From the NCBI GenBank assembly GCA_041306005.1, contig JBFYKJ010000062.1, positions 1 to 15,026 on the forward strand: 15,026 bases of DNA, given 5' to 3'. Below are positions 6,819 to 15,000 of the stretch, in pieces. The notes under the pieces are model-generated. The model saw only the letters and a list, made by a program, of their open reading frames with translations. It was not told the DNA's origin and did not search any database. Origin of the DNA: Candidatus Altiarchaeota archaeon (lineage in GTDB: Archaea > Altiarchaeota > Altiarchaeia > JAFGQM01). The position numbers and the translations under genes are program-made. Position 1 is the first letter of the stretch. Each line of letters opens with the position of its first letter.

Positions 6819-7832
6819 ATGGCCGCCAAAAGATCGACAGGCTTTGCGAAGATCGAGCCGGTTGAGGGTTCATCCCGGAGGGCAGACCAGGCCACCAGCA
6901 AGATAATCATACATGGCCAGAAAAAGCCCATAGGGATGGCGCAGGCGGTCGTCTGCGTGCTGATAACGATACTCATCTACCTATTCTTCCGCGACGCGGG
7001 CTTCAGCGTCATCGCCTCGCTGGCAATGTGCGCCCTCTTCCTCGCCCTCTCAATCTTCCTCTTCGTGACCGTCGTCTTCCTTGAGAGCTACGAGAGGGCC
7101 GTGGTCCAGAGGTACGGCAAGTTCAACCGCGTCGCCGGCCCCGGCTGGACACTGATACTCCCGTTCGTCGAGGTCTACAACGTCGTCGACGTCAGGATAA
7201 AGACGCTTGACCTCGTCGGCTTCGAGGCCATCACCAAGGACAACATCAGGCTGTATCTCGATATCGTCGTGTACGCAAAGATAATCGACCCGTACAAGGC
7301 GGTCCTCGAGGTCAAGGACATAAACAACGCGATAATAACTTTCTTGAAATCCATAACGAGGGAGACCGTCGGCAACCTCACGGCGGAAGAGGTGATATCC
7401 AACATAGCCAAGGTGAACGAGCTCCTCACCGGCGAGCGCGACCGGCTCAAGAAGGAGTGGGGCGTGGACCTCATCTCCGTCGAGATACAGGAGATAAGCC
7501 TCCCGGGCAAGGTCCAGGAGAGCATGCACGATCTAAGGTCGGCCGAATACCAGAGGCAGGTCGTGGAGCAGCAGGCATACGCCCGCGAGTCGCTCATCAA
7601 CGCAATAGGGCGCGCCGCGAGCAAGCTTGACAACCCGGCCCTCGCCTACATGTACCTCGAGGCGATGAAGAAGATAGCCGACGGGAAGGCGACTAAGCTC
7701 ATATTCCCGATGGAGCTGACGAGATTGGCGGAATCCGTCTCCAAGCACTTCGGCGCCGACAAGGACAAGTTCCTGCAGGACATGCTAAAGGCGTACAACG
7801 AGACTGTGGCGAAGGATATGCCGAAGAAGTAG
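6819..7832 (+). CDS. SPFH/band-7 (stomatin/prohibitin-like) membrane protein
   Basis: The core ERAVVQRYGKFNRVAGPGWTLILPFVEVYNVVDVRIKTLDL matches the SPFH fold, with one N-terminal TM helix. I chose the start at ATG 6819 (MAAKRS...) because the TATA box TTTTTAA at 6784-6790 sits ~27 nt upstream of it, leaving at most a few-nt leader. The ORF-track start at 6723 lies inside the promoter region. Confidence 0.8.
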   Translation: MAAKRSTGFAKIEPVEGSSRRADQATSKIIIHGQKKPIGMAQAVVCVLITILIYLFFRDAGFSVIASLAMCALFLALSIFLFVTVVFLESYERAVVQRYGKFNRVAGPGWTLILPFVEVYNVVDVRIKTLDLVGFEAITKDNIRLYLDIVVYAKIIDPYKAVLEVKDINNAIITFLKSITRETVGNLTAEEVISNIAKVNELLTGERDRLKKEWGVDLISVEIQEISLPGKVQESMHDLRSAEYQRQVVEQQAYARESLINAIGRAASKLDNPALAYMYLEAMKKIADGKATKLIFPMELTRLAESVSKHFGADKDKFLQDMLKAYNETVAKDMPKK

Positions 7833-7907
7833 GTCTTCGGTTTTCGGTCTGCGGTCTGCGGTCTTCGGTCTGCGGTCTTCGGTCTGCGGTCTTTGGTTCG
7901 CGGTCCT
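7832..7907. repeat. Tandem heptamer array, ~10.5 copies of GGTCTKC (GGTCTTC/GGTCTGC with GGTTTTC, GGTCTTT and GGTTCGC variants), directly abutting the SPFH stop codon
   Basis: Read directly from sequence: ggtcttc ggttttc ggtctgc ggtctgc ggtcttc ggtctgc ggtcttc ggtctgc ggtcttt ggttcgc ggtcctc. Period is 7. Confidence 0.85.
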
Positions 7908-7929
7908 CAATTCAAGCGAGTCAAACAAA

Positions 7930-8373
7930 ATGGCAAAATCAAAAACCAAACCCCAGATAGAGTTGAAGAAACCCGCAGCAAGCGTAAAGGTGTATGACCC
8001 CAAGCTGATCAGGGATGCCACCAACTTGGGCGAATCGGTTATGCTCTCCGCCTCCCAGCTCGAGGCAAGGCGCGCCAGAGTCCTGAAGGGCATTGTGCGC
8101 GAGGCGGTGGCAAACGAGGGATTGCATAAATTGATACACGGCCCTAATATCTTTACCGAAGTGCCCAAGTCCATATATGTCGACGCCGAAGGGCACGCGG
8201 TGCTAAGCAAAGTCGGCGCGCGGGCGCCAATAGAAGTAACACGAAACCGCTTCGAGACCGCCCCTTTGAGGGAGCTAATCCGCCGAGAGCAAGTCAAACG
8301 GAGGGAACGGGGATTAAAGCCCAATAGGTTCAAATCCACGGATAGAGCTTATGTGCCCGATGTGCGCATTTAA
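7930..8373 (+). CDS. Hypothetical basic soluble protein (147 aa), no recognisable family
   Basis: Clean ORF with ordinary amino-acid composition. The overlapping 184-aa minus-strand ORF is Ser/Arg-rich junk. Codon usage has visibly lower GC3 than its neighbours (many AAA, GCA, GTA, CGA, TTA, CTA). There is no upstream TATA box, and the gene directly follows the heptamer repeat array. Confidence 0.5.
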   Translation: MAKSKTKPQIELKKPAASVKVYDPKLIRDATNLGESVMLSASQLEARRARVLKGIVREAVANEGLHKLIHGPNIFTEVPKSIYVDAEGHAVLSKVGARAPIEVTRNRFETAPLRELIRREQVKRRERGLKPNRFKSTDRAYVPDVRI

Positions 8374-8385
8374 TAAACTGTTCAG

Positions 8386-8422
8386 GCGTTTTTCTGATTT
8401 CCACCTTCTTTATCTTTTTTCT
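8386..8422 (+). terminator. T-tract terminator region (GCGTTTTTCTGATTT ... TATCTTTTTTCTCCC) after the 147-aa gene and before the trpB promoter
   Basis: Two T5-T6 runs lie within 50 nt of the TAA stop at 8371-8373. Confidence 0.5.
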
Positions 8423-8465
8423 CCCGCCCGCTTCTAAGTTACCCCTAGGCATCTTTAATATAACT

Positions 8466-9668
8466 ATGGATTACCCCGATGAGAGAGGGAAATTCGGAGA
8501 GTATGGGGGCATGTTCGTGCCGGAGGTTCTTATGGGTCCGGTGGCGGAGCTAGCCGAAGCATACGAGCGTTTTAGAAACGACCCGGATTTCAAGGCGGAG
8601 CTAAGCGACCTGTTGACCAACTTCGCCGGCCGGCCGACAGCGCTGACGTTCTGCGAGAGGCTGTCCAAGGAATACGGGCCGCGCATATATCTAAAGAGAG
8701 AGGACCTCGCGCACACCGGAGCGCACAAGATAAACAACGCATTAGGACAAGCACTCCTCGCGAAGAGGATGGGCAAGACGAGGATCATCGCCGAGACGGG
8801 CGCCGGCCAGCACGGCGTCGCCACTGCGACAGCCGGGGCAAAGCTCGGACTGAAGACCGAGATCTTCATGGGCACAGTCGACATGGCGAGGCAGGAGCCG
8901 AACGTCTTTAGGATGCGCCTTCTCGGCGCGCAGGTAACCCCCGTAGAATCCGGTTCCAAGACGCTAAAGGACGCAATCAACGAAGCGATGCGCGACTGGG
9001 TGTCTTCTTTCCCCAATACGCATTACCTCTTGGGTTCCGTCCTTGGCCCGCACCCGTTCCCGATGATGGTGAGGGACTTCCAGTCGGTGATAGGGGCTGA
9101 ACTACGGGGCCAGATAATGAAAGCGGAAGGCAGGCTACCTACGGCGATAGTAGCGTGCGTCGGCGGCGGGAGCAACGCGATAGGGGCATGGCACGAGTTC
9201 CTCCAGGGGAAAGAGCCCGCAGACAAGGACATCCGCTTGATAGGGGTAGAGGCGGGAGGGCGCGGGATAAAGAAGGGCGAACACGCCGCGAGATTCGCTG
9301 ATGTCAAGTACGGAAGAAAGGGCGTCCTGCACGGGACGCACACGTTCGTCCTGCAGGACGAGTGCGGCCAGATAATGAACACGCACTCGGTTTCTGCCGG
9401 GCTTGACTACTCTGCGGTCGGCCCGGAGCATTCGCTCCTAAGGGATGTCAAGAGAGCGGAATACGTTTACGCTACAGACAAGGAGGCCCTCGCAGCGGTC
9501 AAGACGCTGTGCGAGAAGGAAGGCATCCTCCCCGCACTCGAGAGCGCGCACGCTGTGGCGCACGCGCTGAAGATGGCGAAGGGGATGTCCAGGGACGACA
9601 TAATAGTCGTCAACCTCTCGGGGAGAGGGGACAAGGACCTCAAGACGATAGTGGAAAGTCTGAAATAA
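8466..9668 (+). CDS. trpB: Tryptophan synthase beta chain (TrpB1-type)
   Basis: N-terminal motif [13 protein letters not shown] and the PLP-lysine region [22 protein letters not shown]...ETGAGQHG. Length is 400 aa. Confidence 0.9.
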   Translation: MDYPDERGKFGEYGGMFVPEVLMGPVAELAEAYERFRNDPDFKAELSDLLTNFAGRPTALTFCERLSKEYGPRIYLKREDLAHTGAHKINNALGQALLAKRMGKTRIIAETGAGQHGVATATAGAKLGLKTEIFMGTVDMARQEPNVFRMRLLGAQVTPVESGSKTLKDAINEAMRDWVSSFPNTHYLLGSVLGPHPFPMMVRDFQSVIGAELRGQIMKAEGRLPTAIVACVGGGSNAIGAWHEFLQGKEPADKDIRLIGVEAGGRGIKKGEHAARFADVKYGRKGVLHGTHTFVLQDECGQIMNTHSVSAGLDYSAVGPEHSLLRDVKRAEYVYATDKEALAAVKTLCEKEGILPALESAHAVAHALKMAKGMSRDDIIVVNLSGRGDKDLKTIVESLK

Positions 9669-9680
9669 ACAATCGATAAC

Positions 9681-10037
9681 ATGGACTACACACTCGGCCT
9701 CGCAATAAGGTTCGTCGTCGCGGGAACCGTAGTCGTCGCGATATCGCTAGCCGCGGAGAAGCTGAAGAGCCCGCTCCTCGCGGGCATACTAATGATGCTG
9801 CCGTCGATAACCCTGGTTTCGGTCTATTTCATCGGGAAGTCCATGGGCACCGCGGCCGCCGCGGGGATAGTCGAGTACTCGCTCTTGACTCTCCCGGTTT
9901 GGACCGCCTACGCAATCTCGTTATACTACCTCCTCCAGCACTATGACGTGGTGCCCGCGATAATCGGGTCGTTTTTGGTTTTCCTCGCAGGCTCGGTGAT
10001 TTTCGTGCTGGTGGACACTAAATTAATGTCGGGCTGA
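9681..10037 (+). CDS. Small 4-TM integral membrane protein (118 aa), possibly DUF3147-like, inserted between trpB and trpA
   Basis: Four clear hydrophobic helices. It lies 12 nt after the trpB stop and 22 nt before the trpA start, on the same strand, with genome-typical codon usage. Confidence 0.55.
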   Translation: MDYTLGLAIRFVVAGTVVVAISLAAEKLKSPLLAGILMMLPSITLVSVYFIGKSMGTAAAAGIVEYSLLTLPVWTAYAISLYYLLQHYDVVPAIIGSFLVFLAGSVIFVLVDTKLMSG

Positions 10038-10059
10038 ACCGGCGGAAAATGTTCGCAAA

Positions 10060-10860
10060 ATGAGGATATCGGACAAGTTCGCGGACTTGCAGAAGAAGAA
10101 GGAGACTGCCTTAATACTCTATATCAGCTGCGGCGACCCGTCGGCCGCCGGGACAGTCAAGGCGGCTAAGGAAGTGATTGCCGCAGGCTGCGACATCCTG
10201 GAACTCGGCCTCCCGTTCTCCGATCCCATCGCCGATGGCCCGACGATACAGGCAGCAAGCCAGCGGGCGATAGCCGCCGGGATGAACATGGCTAAGTATT
10301 TTGAGACGGCAAAGAGGATAGCGGCCGCCCCGGAGGCCAAAGCCGCGGGGGGGGTCCCGTTCGTCTGCATGACATATTACAACCTGATATACCAGTACGG
10401 GCTCGAGAGATTCGCCAAGTCGTGCGCGGCTTCGGGCATAACGGGCATTATAGTCCCGGACCTGCCGCCCGAGGAGGCGATGCCGCTTAAGGAAGCTTGT
10501 ATGAAGAGCGGCGTCGATTTGATATTCATCGTCTCCCCCATGACTTCAAAGGAGCGGATGAAGACTGTAGCCAAAACAGCTTCGGGCTGCAAGGGATTTG
10601 TCTACCTTCAGTCGGTCCTTGGGGTCACCGGCGCCCGCGAGGGGATGAAGGCCGACCTCGCATCGAAGATAAAAGAGATCAAAGCGGTATTCGACCTTCC
10701 CGTGGCTGTCGGTTTCGGGGTCTCAAAGCCCGAGCAGGTCAAAGAACTTGCAGCCCAGGGCGCGGACGGCGTCATAATCGGCAGCGCCCTTGTCGCGAAG
10801 ATAGCGAAGAAGGAAGACGTCTCGGGGTATGTGAAGGGGCTCAAAAAGGCTGCCGTTTGA
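10060..10860 (+). CDS. trpA: Tryptophan synthase alpha chain
   Basis: Motifs LELGLPFSDPIADGPTIQ and GFGVS...GADGVIIGSA are typical of TrpA. Length is 266 aa. Confidence 0.9.
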   Translation: MRISDKFADLQKKKETALILYISCGDPSAAGTVKAAKEVIAAGCDILELGLPFSDPIADGPTIQAASQRAIAAGMNMAKYFETAKRIAAAPEAKAAGGVPFVCMTYYNLIYQYGLERFAKSCAASGITGIIVPDLPPEEAMPLKEACMKSGVDLIFIVSPMTSKERMKTVAKTASGCKGFVYLQSVLGVTGAREGMKADLASKIKEIKAVFDLPVAVGFGVSKPEQVKELAAQGADGVIIGSALVAKIAKKEDVSGYVKGLKKAAV

Positions 10861-10905
10861 GACGCCCCCTACGATATTTATTGCTTGTCCCTCTATTATA
10901 CCACA

Positions 10906-11436
10906 ATGGCGATGAAAGAAGAACCGAAGTCGGAGTGCGTGGAGCAGCAGACATTAGTGTTGATAAAGCCCGACGGCCTCGTGAAATCCCTCACCGGGGA
11001 CATCTTATCCAAGCTCTCCGAGACGAGCCTGAAGATAATGGGCGCCAAGATGGTGCGCGTGCCAAAGGACCTCGCAGAGGAGCACTACCGGCACCTGAAG
11101 GACAAGCCTTACTTCGAGGAGCTTATTAAGTATATACAGGGGCATTACCACACCCGCAGGGTGATGGCGATGGTCTACCAGGGCGACAACTCTATTGAGA
11201 AGGTGCGGCGCATCGTCGGCGCGACGAACCCCGAAGACGCCGATCCCGTGTCCATACGGGGCAAGTACGGGAGGATAACGACGTCTGGCGTCTATGAGAA
11301 CGTGGTCCACGCCTCGGAGAGCCCGAAAGAAGCGGAGCGCGAGATCAAGCTGTGGTTCAGGCCGGATGAGCTCATAGAGACACTTTACCCGGTCAAGAAG
11401 TCCAAGCGGGAGATGGAGATGGCCGAATGGGCGTAA
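10906..11436 (+). CDS. ndk: Nucleoside diphosphate kinase
   Basis: Motifs TLVLIKPDG, the NxxHASES active-site region (VVHASESPKEAEREIKLWF) and GATNP. The start is uncertain. The ORF track uses ATG 10885. ATG 10906 fits a TATA-like ATATTTATT at 10873-10881. A further in-frame ATG is at 10912. The C-terminal tail is slightly extended. Confidence 0.8.
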   Translation: MAMKEEPKSECVEQQTLVLIKPDGLVKSLTGDILSKLSETSLKIMGAKMVRVPKDLAEEHYRHLKDKPYFEELIKYIQGHYHTRRVMAMVYQGDNSIEKVRRIVGATNPEDADPVSIRGKYGRITTSGVYENVVHASESPKEAEREIKLWFRPDELIETLYPVKKSKREMEMAEWA

Positions 11437-11460
11437 TAGTCCTGGCTTAGCGTCTCTTGG

Positions 11461-11545
11461 CAGGTTTTCGGTCTTGTCTAAGGGTATCCTAGCATGTTTT
11501 GGCTTGGCGATAATAGGCAGTTTTACCCCCTAAAACCCCCCTTTC
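11461..11545 (+). terminator. Multiple oligo-T tracts after ndk (GGTTTTCGGTCTTG, CATGTTTTGG, CAGTTTTACC, CCCCTTTTCT)
   Basis: Four T4 runs within ~100 nt of the ndk TAA stop. The first is the recurrent TTTTCGGTCT motif. Confidence 0.5.
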
Positions 11546-11681
11546 TAAGCACCCCCGGGGGTGGGTCAGGAGTAACTTGGACACGAGGTTCGCGGTGGGC
11601 GCGAACCTGTGCCCAGGGCCCTTTTGGGGCCCTCGGGACTGGGGAGGGGGTGGAACCACCTCCGCGGTTCAGAGCGAAATC

Positions 11682-11729
11682 TTTTTATAATCGAAGCTTC
11701 TAAATTAGGGGCTTCCCTCTATTTTATAC
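11682..11729 (+). promoter_or_regulatory. Two TATA-like boxes (TTTTTATAA at 11682-11690 and ATTTTATA at 11721-11728) upstream of rpoH-rpoB
   Basis: AT-rich boxes in an otherwise GC-rich spacer. The second is positioned for a leaderless transcript starting at TTG 11754. Confidence 0.5.
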
Positions 11730-11753
11730 TATGCGTCTGCTCCGAGGTTCAAA

Positions 11754-11984
11754 TTGACCGCTGAAATCCAAACTCATTCAATTGTCCCAAAGCACGAAAT
11801 CCTGGACGACGTGGGCGCAAAGGCCGTCCTCATGGAATACGGCATCGACAGGTCAAAGCTCCCGAAGATACTGAAGGGGGACCCGGCGCTGCCCGACGGC
11901 GCAAAGGTGGGGGACGTAGTCAAGATCACAAGGAAATCACAGACCGCCGGAAATTCTCTCTACTACCGCGTCGTCGTGGAGTGA
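11754..11984 (+). CDS. rpoH: DNA-directed RNA polymerase subunit H (Rpb5 homologue)
   Basis: HSIVPKHEIL...LPKILKGDPA...GDVVKITRKSQTAGNSLYYRVVV matches RpoH. The start appears to be TTG at 11754. No in-frame ATG exists after the in-frame TAG at 11706. The TATA box ATTTTATA at 11721-11728 is consistent with a leaderless TSS near 11750. Confidence 0.75.
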   Translation: MTAEIQTHSIVPKHEILDDVGAKAVLMEYGIDRSKLPKILKGDPALPDGAKVGDVVKITRKSQTAGNSLYYRVVVE

Positions 11985-12015
11985 TTTGCGGAGTGACCTT
12001 TTAGCGAGGCCGAAA

Positions 12016-15000
12016 ATGCAGATAACAAGGGAAGACCTTATCAAGCACCAGCTGAACTCCTACAACGACTTCATCAACAATGTCATGCAAGGCATCGTTG
12101 ACGAGGCTGGGGTCATAGAGACCAGGATACCCAACTTGCAGATAAAGTTCGGCAAGATATCCCTGGAAAGGCCCGACACCAAGGAGATAGACTCCACGGT
12201 GCACAAGATAACCCCTCTGGACGCCCGGCTGAGGAACATGACCTATGCGGGCAGGCTAGTCCTTGAGATAATAGCGGTGCAGGACGGCGTCGAGCGCCCG
12301 CCGATCAACGCGGTCGTCGGCGAGTTCCCCATCATGGTAAAGAGCGACTACTGCTGGCTCAACAGCCTGAAAGGGGGCGAACTGGCCGAGCTTGGCGAGG
12401 ATGCAAGGGACTTTGGCGGCTACTTCATTATCAACGGGCGTGAGAGGGTAGTTATTATCTTGGAAGACCTCGCCCCGAACACTATCATATCCTCCCTGGA
12501 CGAGATAGCAGGCAAGGACAACATAACCGTAAAGGTCTTCTCCACTCGCCAGGGCTTCAGGAGCAGGATAGCCGTCACGAGAAAGGAGATGAGGACCGGC
12601 GAGACTTTATACGTCTCGTTCCCCGGACTTCCAAGGATACTCCCGCTTTCTGTAGTCCTGCGCGCCCTAGGCCTCAAAGACTCCGAGATAATGGAGCTCT
12701 TCGAGGACGAGGAGAAGCCGGAAGTCAAGGTCAACCTGGAGCTGTGCAAAGTCGACAGCGAGACCGAGGCGCTCAAGTACATCGGGACGAGGGTGGCAGT
12801 CGGCCAGAGGGTGGAGATCCAGGTCACGCGCGCCCAGCAGGTCCTTGACATGTTTTTGCTCCCGCACGTCGGCAACGACGACGAGTCGCGAAGGAGGAAA
12901 GCGGTATTCCTCGCGAGGATGGCCAAGAGGGCGATTGAGATAGACCTCGGGACGAGGGAAGTGGACGACAAGGACCACTACATGAACAAGAGGCTCAAGA
13001 TAGCGGGCGACATGATGGAGGAGCTCTTCCGCACAGCCTTCGGCGCCCTTGTAAAGGACGTTAAGTACCAGACAGAGAAGAACTACGCCAGGCGCAAAAA
13101 AATCGACCTGAGGCGCGCCGTCAGGCCCGAAGTATTTACTAAGAGGGTAATGTACTCGCTCGCAACGGGCAACTGGCCGGGCGGCAGGACGGGGATATCA
13201 CAAATACTCGACAGGACCAATTACATCGCGGTGCTCGCGCACTTGCGAAGGGTTACATCCACCCTTTCAAGGACGCACCCGCACTTCGAGGCGCGTGACC
13301 TGCACGGCACGCACTGGGGCAGGTTCTGCCCGTGCGAGACTCCGGAAGGCCAGAACTGCGGCCTGGTGAAGAACCTGGCGCTGTCGGCCAGGATAACCCG
13401 GGAGCACGACCCTAAGGTCGTAGAAGAGGCGCTAAAGGAGTTCAACGCGGATTCCGGGAAATACGTCATAGAGGTCAACGGCAAGATAATAGGCTTTGTG
13501 GACAACCCGAACAGGGTGGCCAAGAAGGTCAAGTCGCTAAGACGGCAGGGCAAGCTCGACGTGGACGTCAATGTAGGCATCTTCGAGGAGAACAAGGAGA
13601 TACAGATATTCTGCGACAAGGGCCGCGTGCAGCGCCCGCTTGCGATAGTCGAGGACGGCAAGCCGCTCATCACCAAGGCCGAGCTCGAGAAGATAAAGAA
13701 GGGCGAGCTGGGCATCGACAAGTTCGTTGCCGAGGGCAAGGTCGAGTACATAGACTCGCTGGAGGAAGAGAACGCTTACACCGCGGTCGACTACAAGGAG
13801 ATAAGCCCGGACCACTCGCACCTTGAGCTTGACACCTCGCTGATCGTGGGTGTGGGTGCTTCGATAATCCCCTACTCCGAGTACAACTCGTCGCCAAGGA
13901 TCACCATGGGCGCGGCAATGAGCAAGCAGTCGCTCGGCTACTACGCCACGAACTTCTCGGCCAGAAACGACACTAGGGCGAACATGATGAACTATGCCCA
14001 AGAGCCGCTCGTAACGACGCACGGCTTTAAGATATCCGAGTACGACAAGCTCCCGAGCGGGCAGAACTTCGTCGTCGCTATCATGAGCTACGACGGGTAC
14101 AACTTAGAGGACGCCGTCATCTTCAACAAGTCATCGATAGACAGGGGCCTTGGCGTCTCGACGTTCTTCAGGACCTATGAGATAGAGGAGAAGAGGTACC
14201 CGGGCGGGCAGAAGGACCGGTTCGAGCTTCCGACCGAGGAGGTCGAGGGCTTCAGGGGCCCGGAGTCGTACAGGCTACTCGACACTACGGGTATCGTAGA
14301 CCCGGGGACGCCGGTAAGCTCATCCGATGTCCTGATAGGCAAAACCTCACCGCCGCGATTCCTCGAGGAGATAGGCGAGTTCGGCCTGCTCGGCGACAAG
14401 AGGCGGGAATCGTCCATGTGCGTCCGGCCGAGGGAGTCGGGCATAGTGGACCAGGTGATATTGACCGTCTTGGACAACGGCAACCGCTTGTCAAAGATCC
14501 GCGTCAGGAAGCACAGGTTCCCGGAGCTGGGCGACAAGTTCGCGTCAAGGCACGGGCAGAAGGGCGTAGTAGGCATGCTCGTCAAGCACGAGGACATGCC
14601 GTTCACCGAGCTCGGCGTAGTCCCGGACCTCATCATAAACCCGCACGCGATCCCGTCAAGGATGACGGTGGGGCATCTCCTTGAGATGGTCGGCAGCAAG
14701 GTCGGCTCCATGGAGGGCCGCATCGTCGACGGCACGCTGTTTAAGGGGGAGAAAGAGCCGGAGCTGCGCGACGCCCTGAAGGCCGCAGGATTCTCATCCA
14801 CGGGCAGGGAGGCCATGTACGACGGCAGGACCGGGAAGAAGTACAGCTGCGAGATGTACATATGCCCGATCTATTACCAGAAGCTGCACCACATGGTCGC
14901 CGGCAAGATGCACGCGAGGTCTAGAGGGCCGGTCACATTACTCACGCACCAGCCGACCGAAGGAAGGGCCAATGAAGGCGGGCTCAGGTTCGGTGAGATG

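Noticed and set aside
7785-8339. 184-aa minus-strand ORF spanning the heptamer array, which translates it into a QTEDRRP/KTADRRP heptapeptide repeat
   Set aside because: It is Ser/Arg/Leu-rich and low-complexity. It is antisense to a well-formed plus-strand ORF. The 7-nt DNA period gives a 7-aa repeat only as a by-product. There is no promoter or terminator context.
8322-8340. tRNA T-loop-like GGTTCAAATCC inside the 147-aa ORF (similar string GGTTCAAATTGACC at 11747-11760)
   Set aside because: The flanking bases do not form a 5-bp T-stem, and no acceptor, D or anticodon arms can be built. It is coincidental within coding sequence.
8450-8460. TTTAATATA immediately before the trpB ATG as its TATA box
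   Set aside because: It is only ~6 nt upstream of the start codon, and the conserved GKFGEYGG N-terminus requires the 8466 start. It is too close for the -26/-27 TATA spacing. A more distal T/A-rich element (~8408-8420) is the likelier promoter.
11546-11700. SRP RNA, RNase P RNA or C/D-box sRNA in the structured ndk-rpoH spacer
   Set aside because: No helix-8 GGAAGG/AGCAGC motifs, no P4 GGAAAGUCCGG, no UGAUGA/CUGA box pairs. I keep it only as an unclassified candidate.
11494-11703. 69-aa plus-strand ORF (MFWLGDNRQFYPLKPPFLSTPGGGSG...) in the ndk-rpoH spacer
   Set aside because: Gly/Pro/Arg-rich low-complexity translation of GC-rich hairpins. Codon usage is unlike real genes here. The region is better explained as structured non-coding DNA or RNA.
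271-14861. Numerous antisense or overlapping ORFs within the large genes (for example 271-621, 3818-4459, 6014-6616, 7050-7633, 8471-9016, 12420-12971, 13221-14022, 14175-14861)
   Set aside because: Expected in GC-rich DNA, where stop codons are rare on the antisense strand. Their translations are Ser/Arg/Pro/Ala-rich and low-complexity, with no family resemblance. Each overlaps a confidently identified gene.
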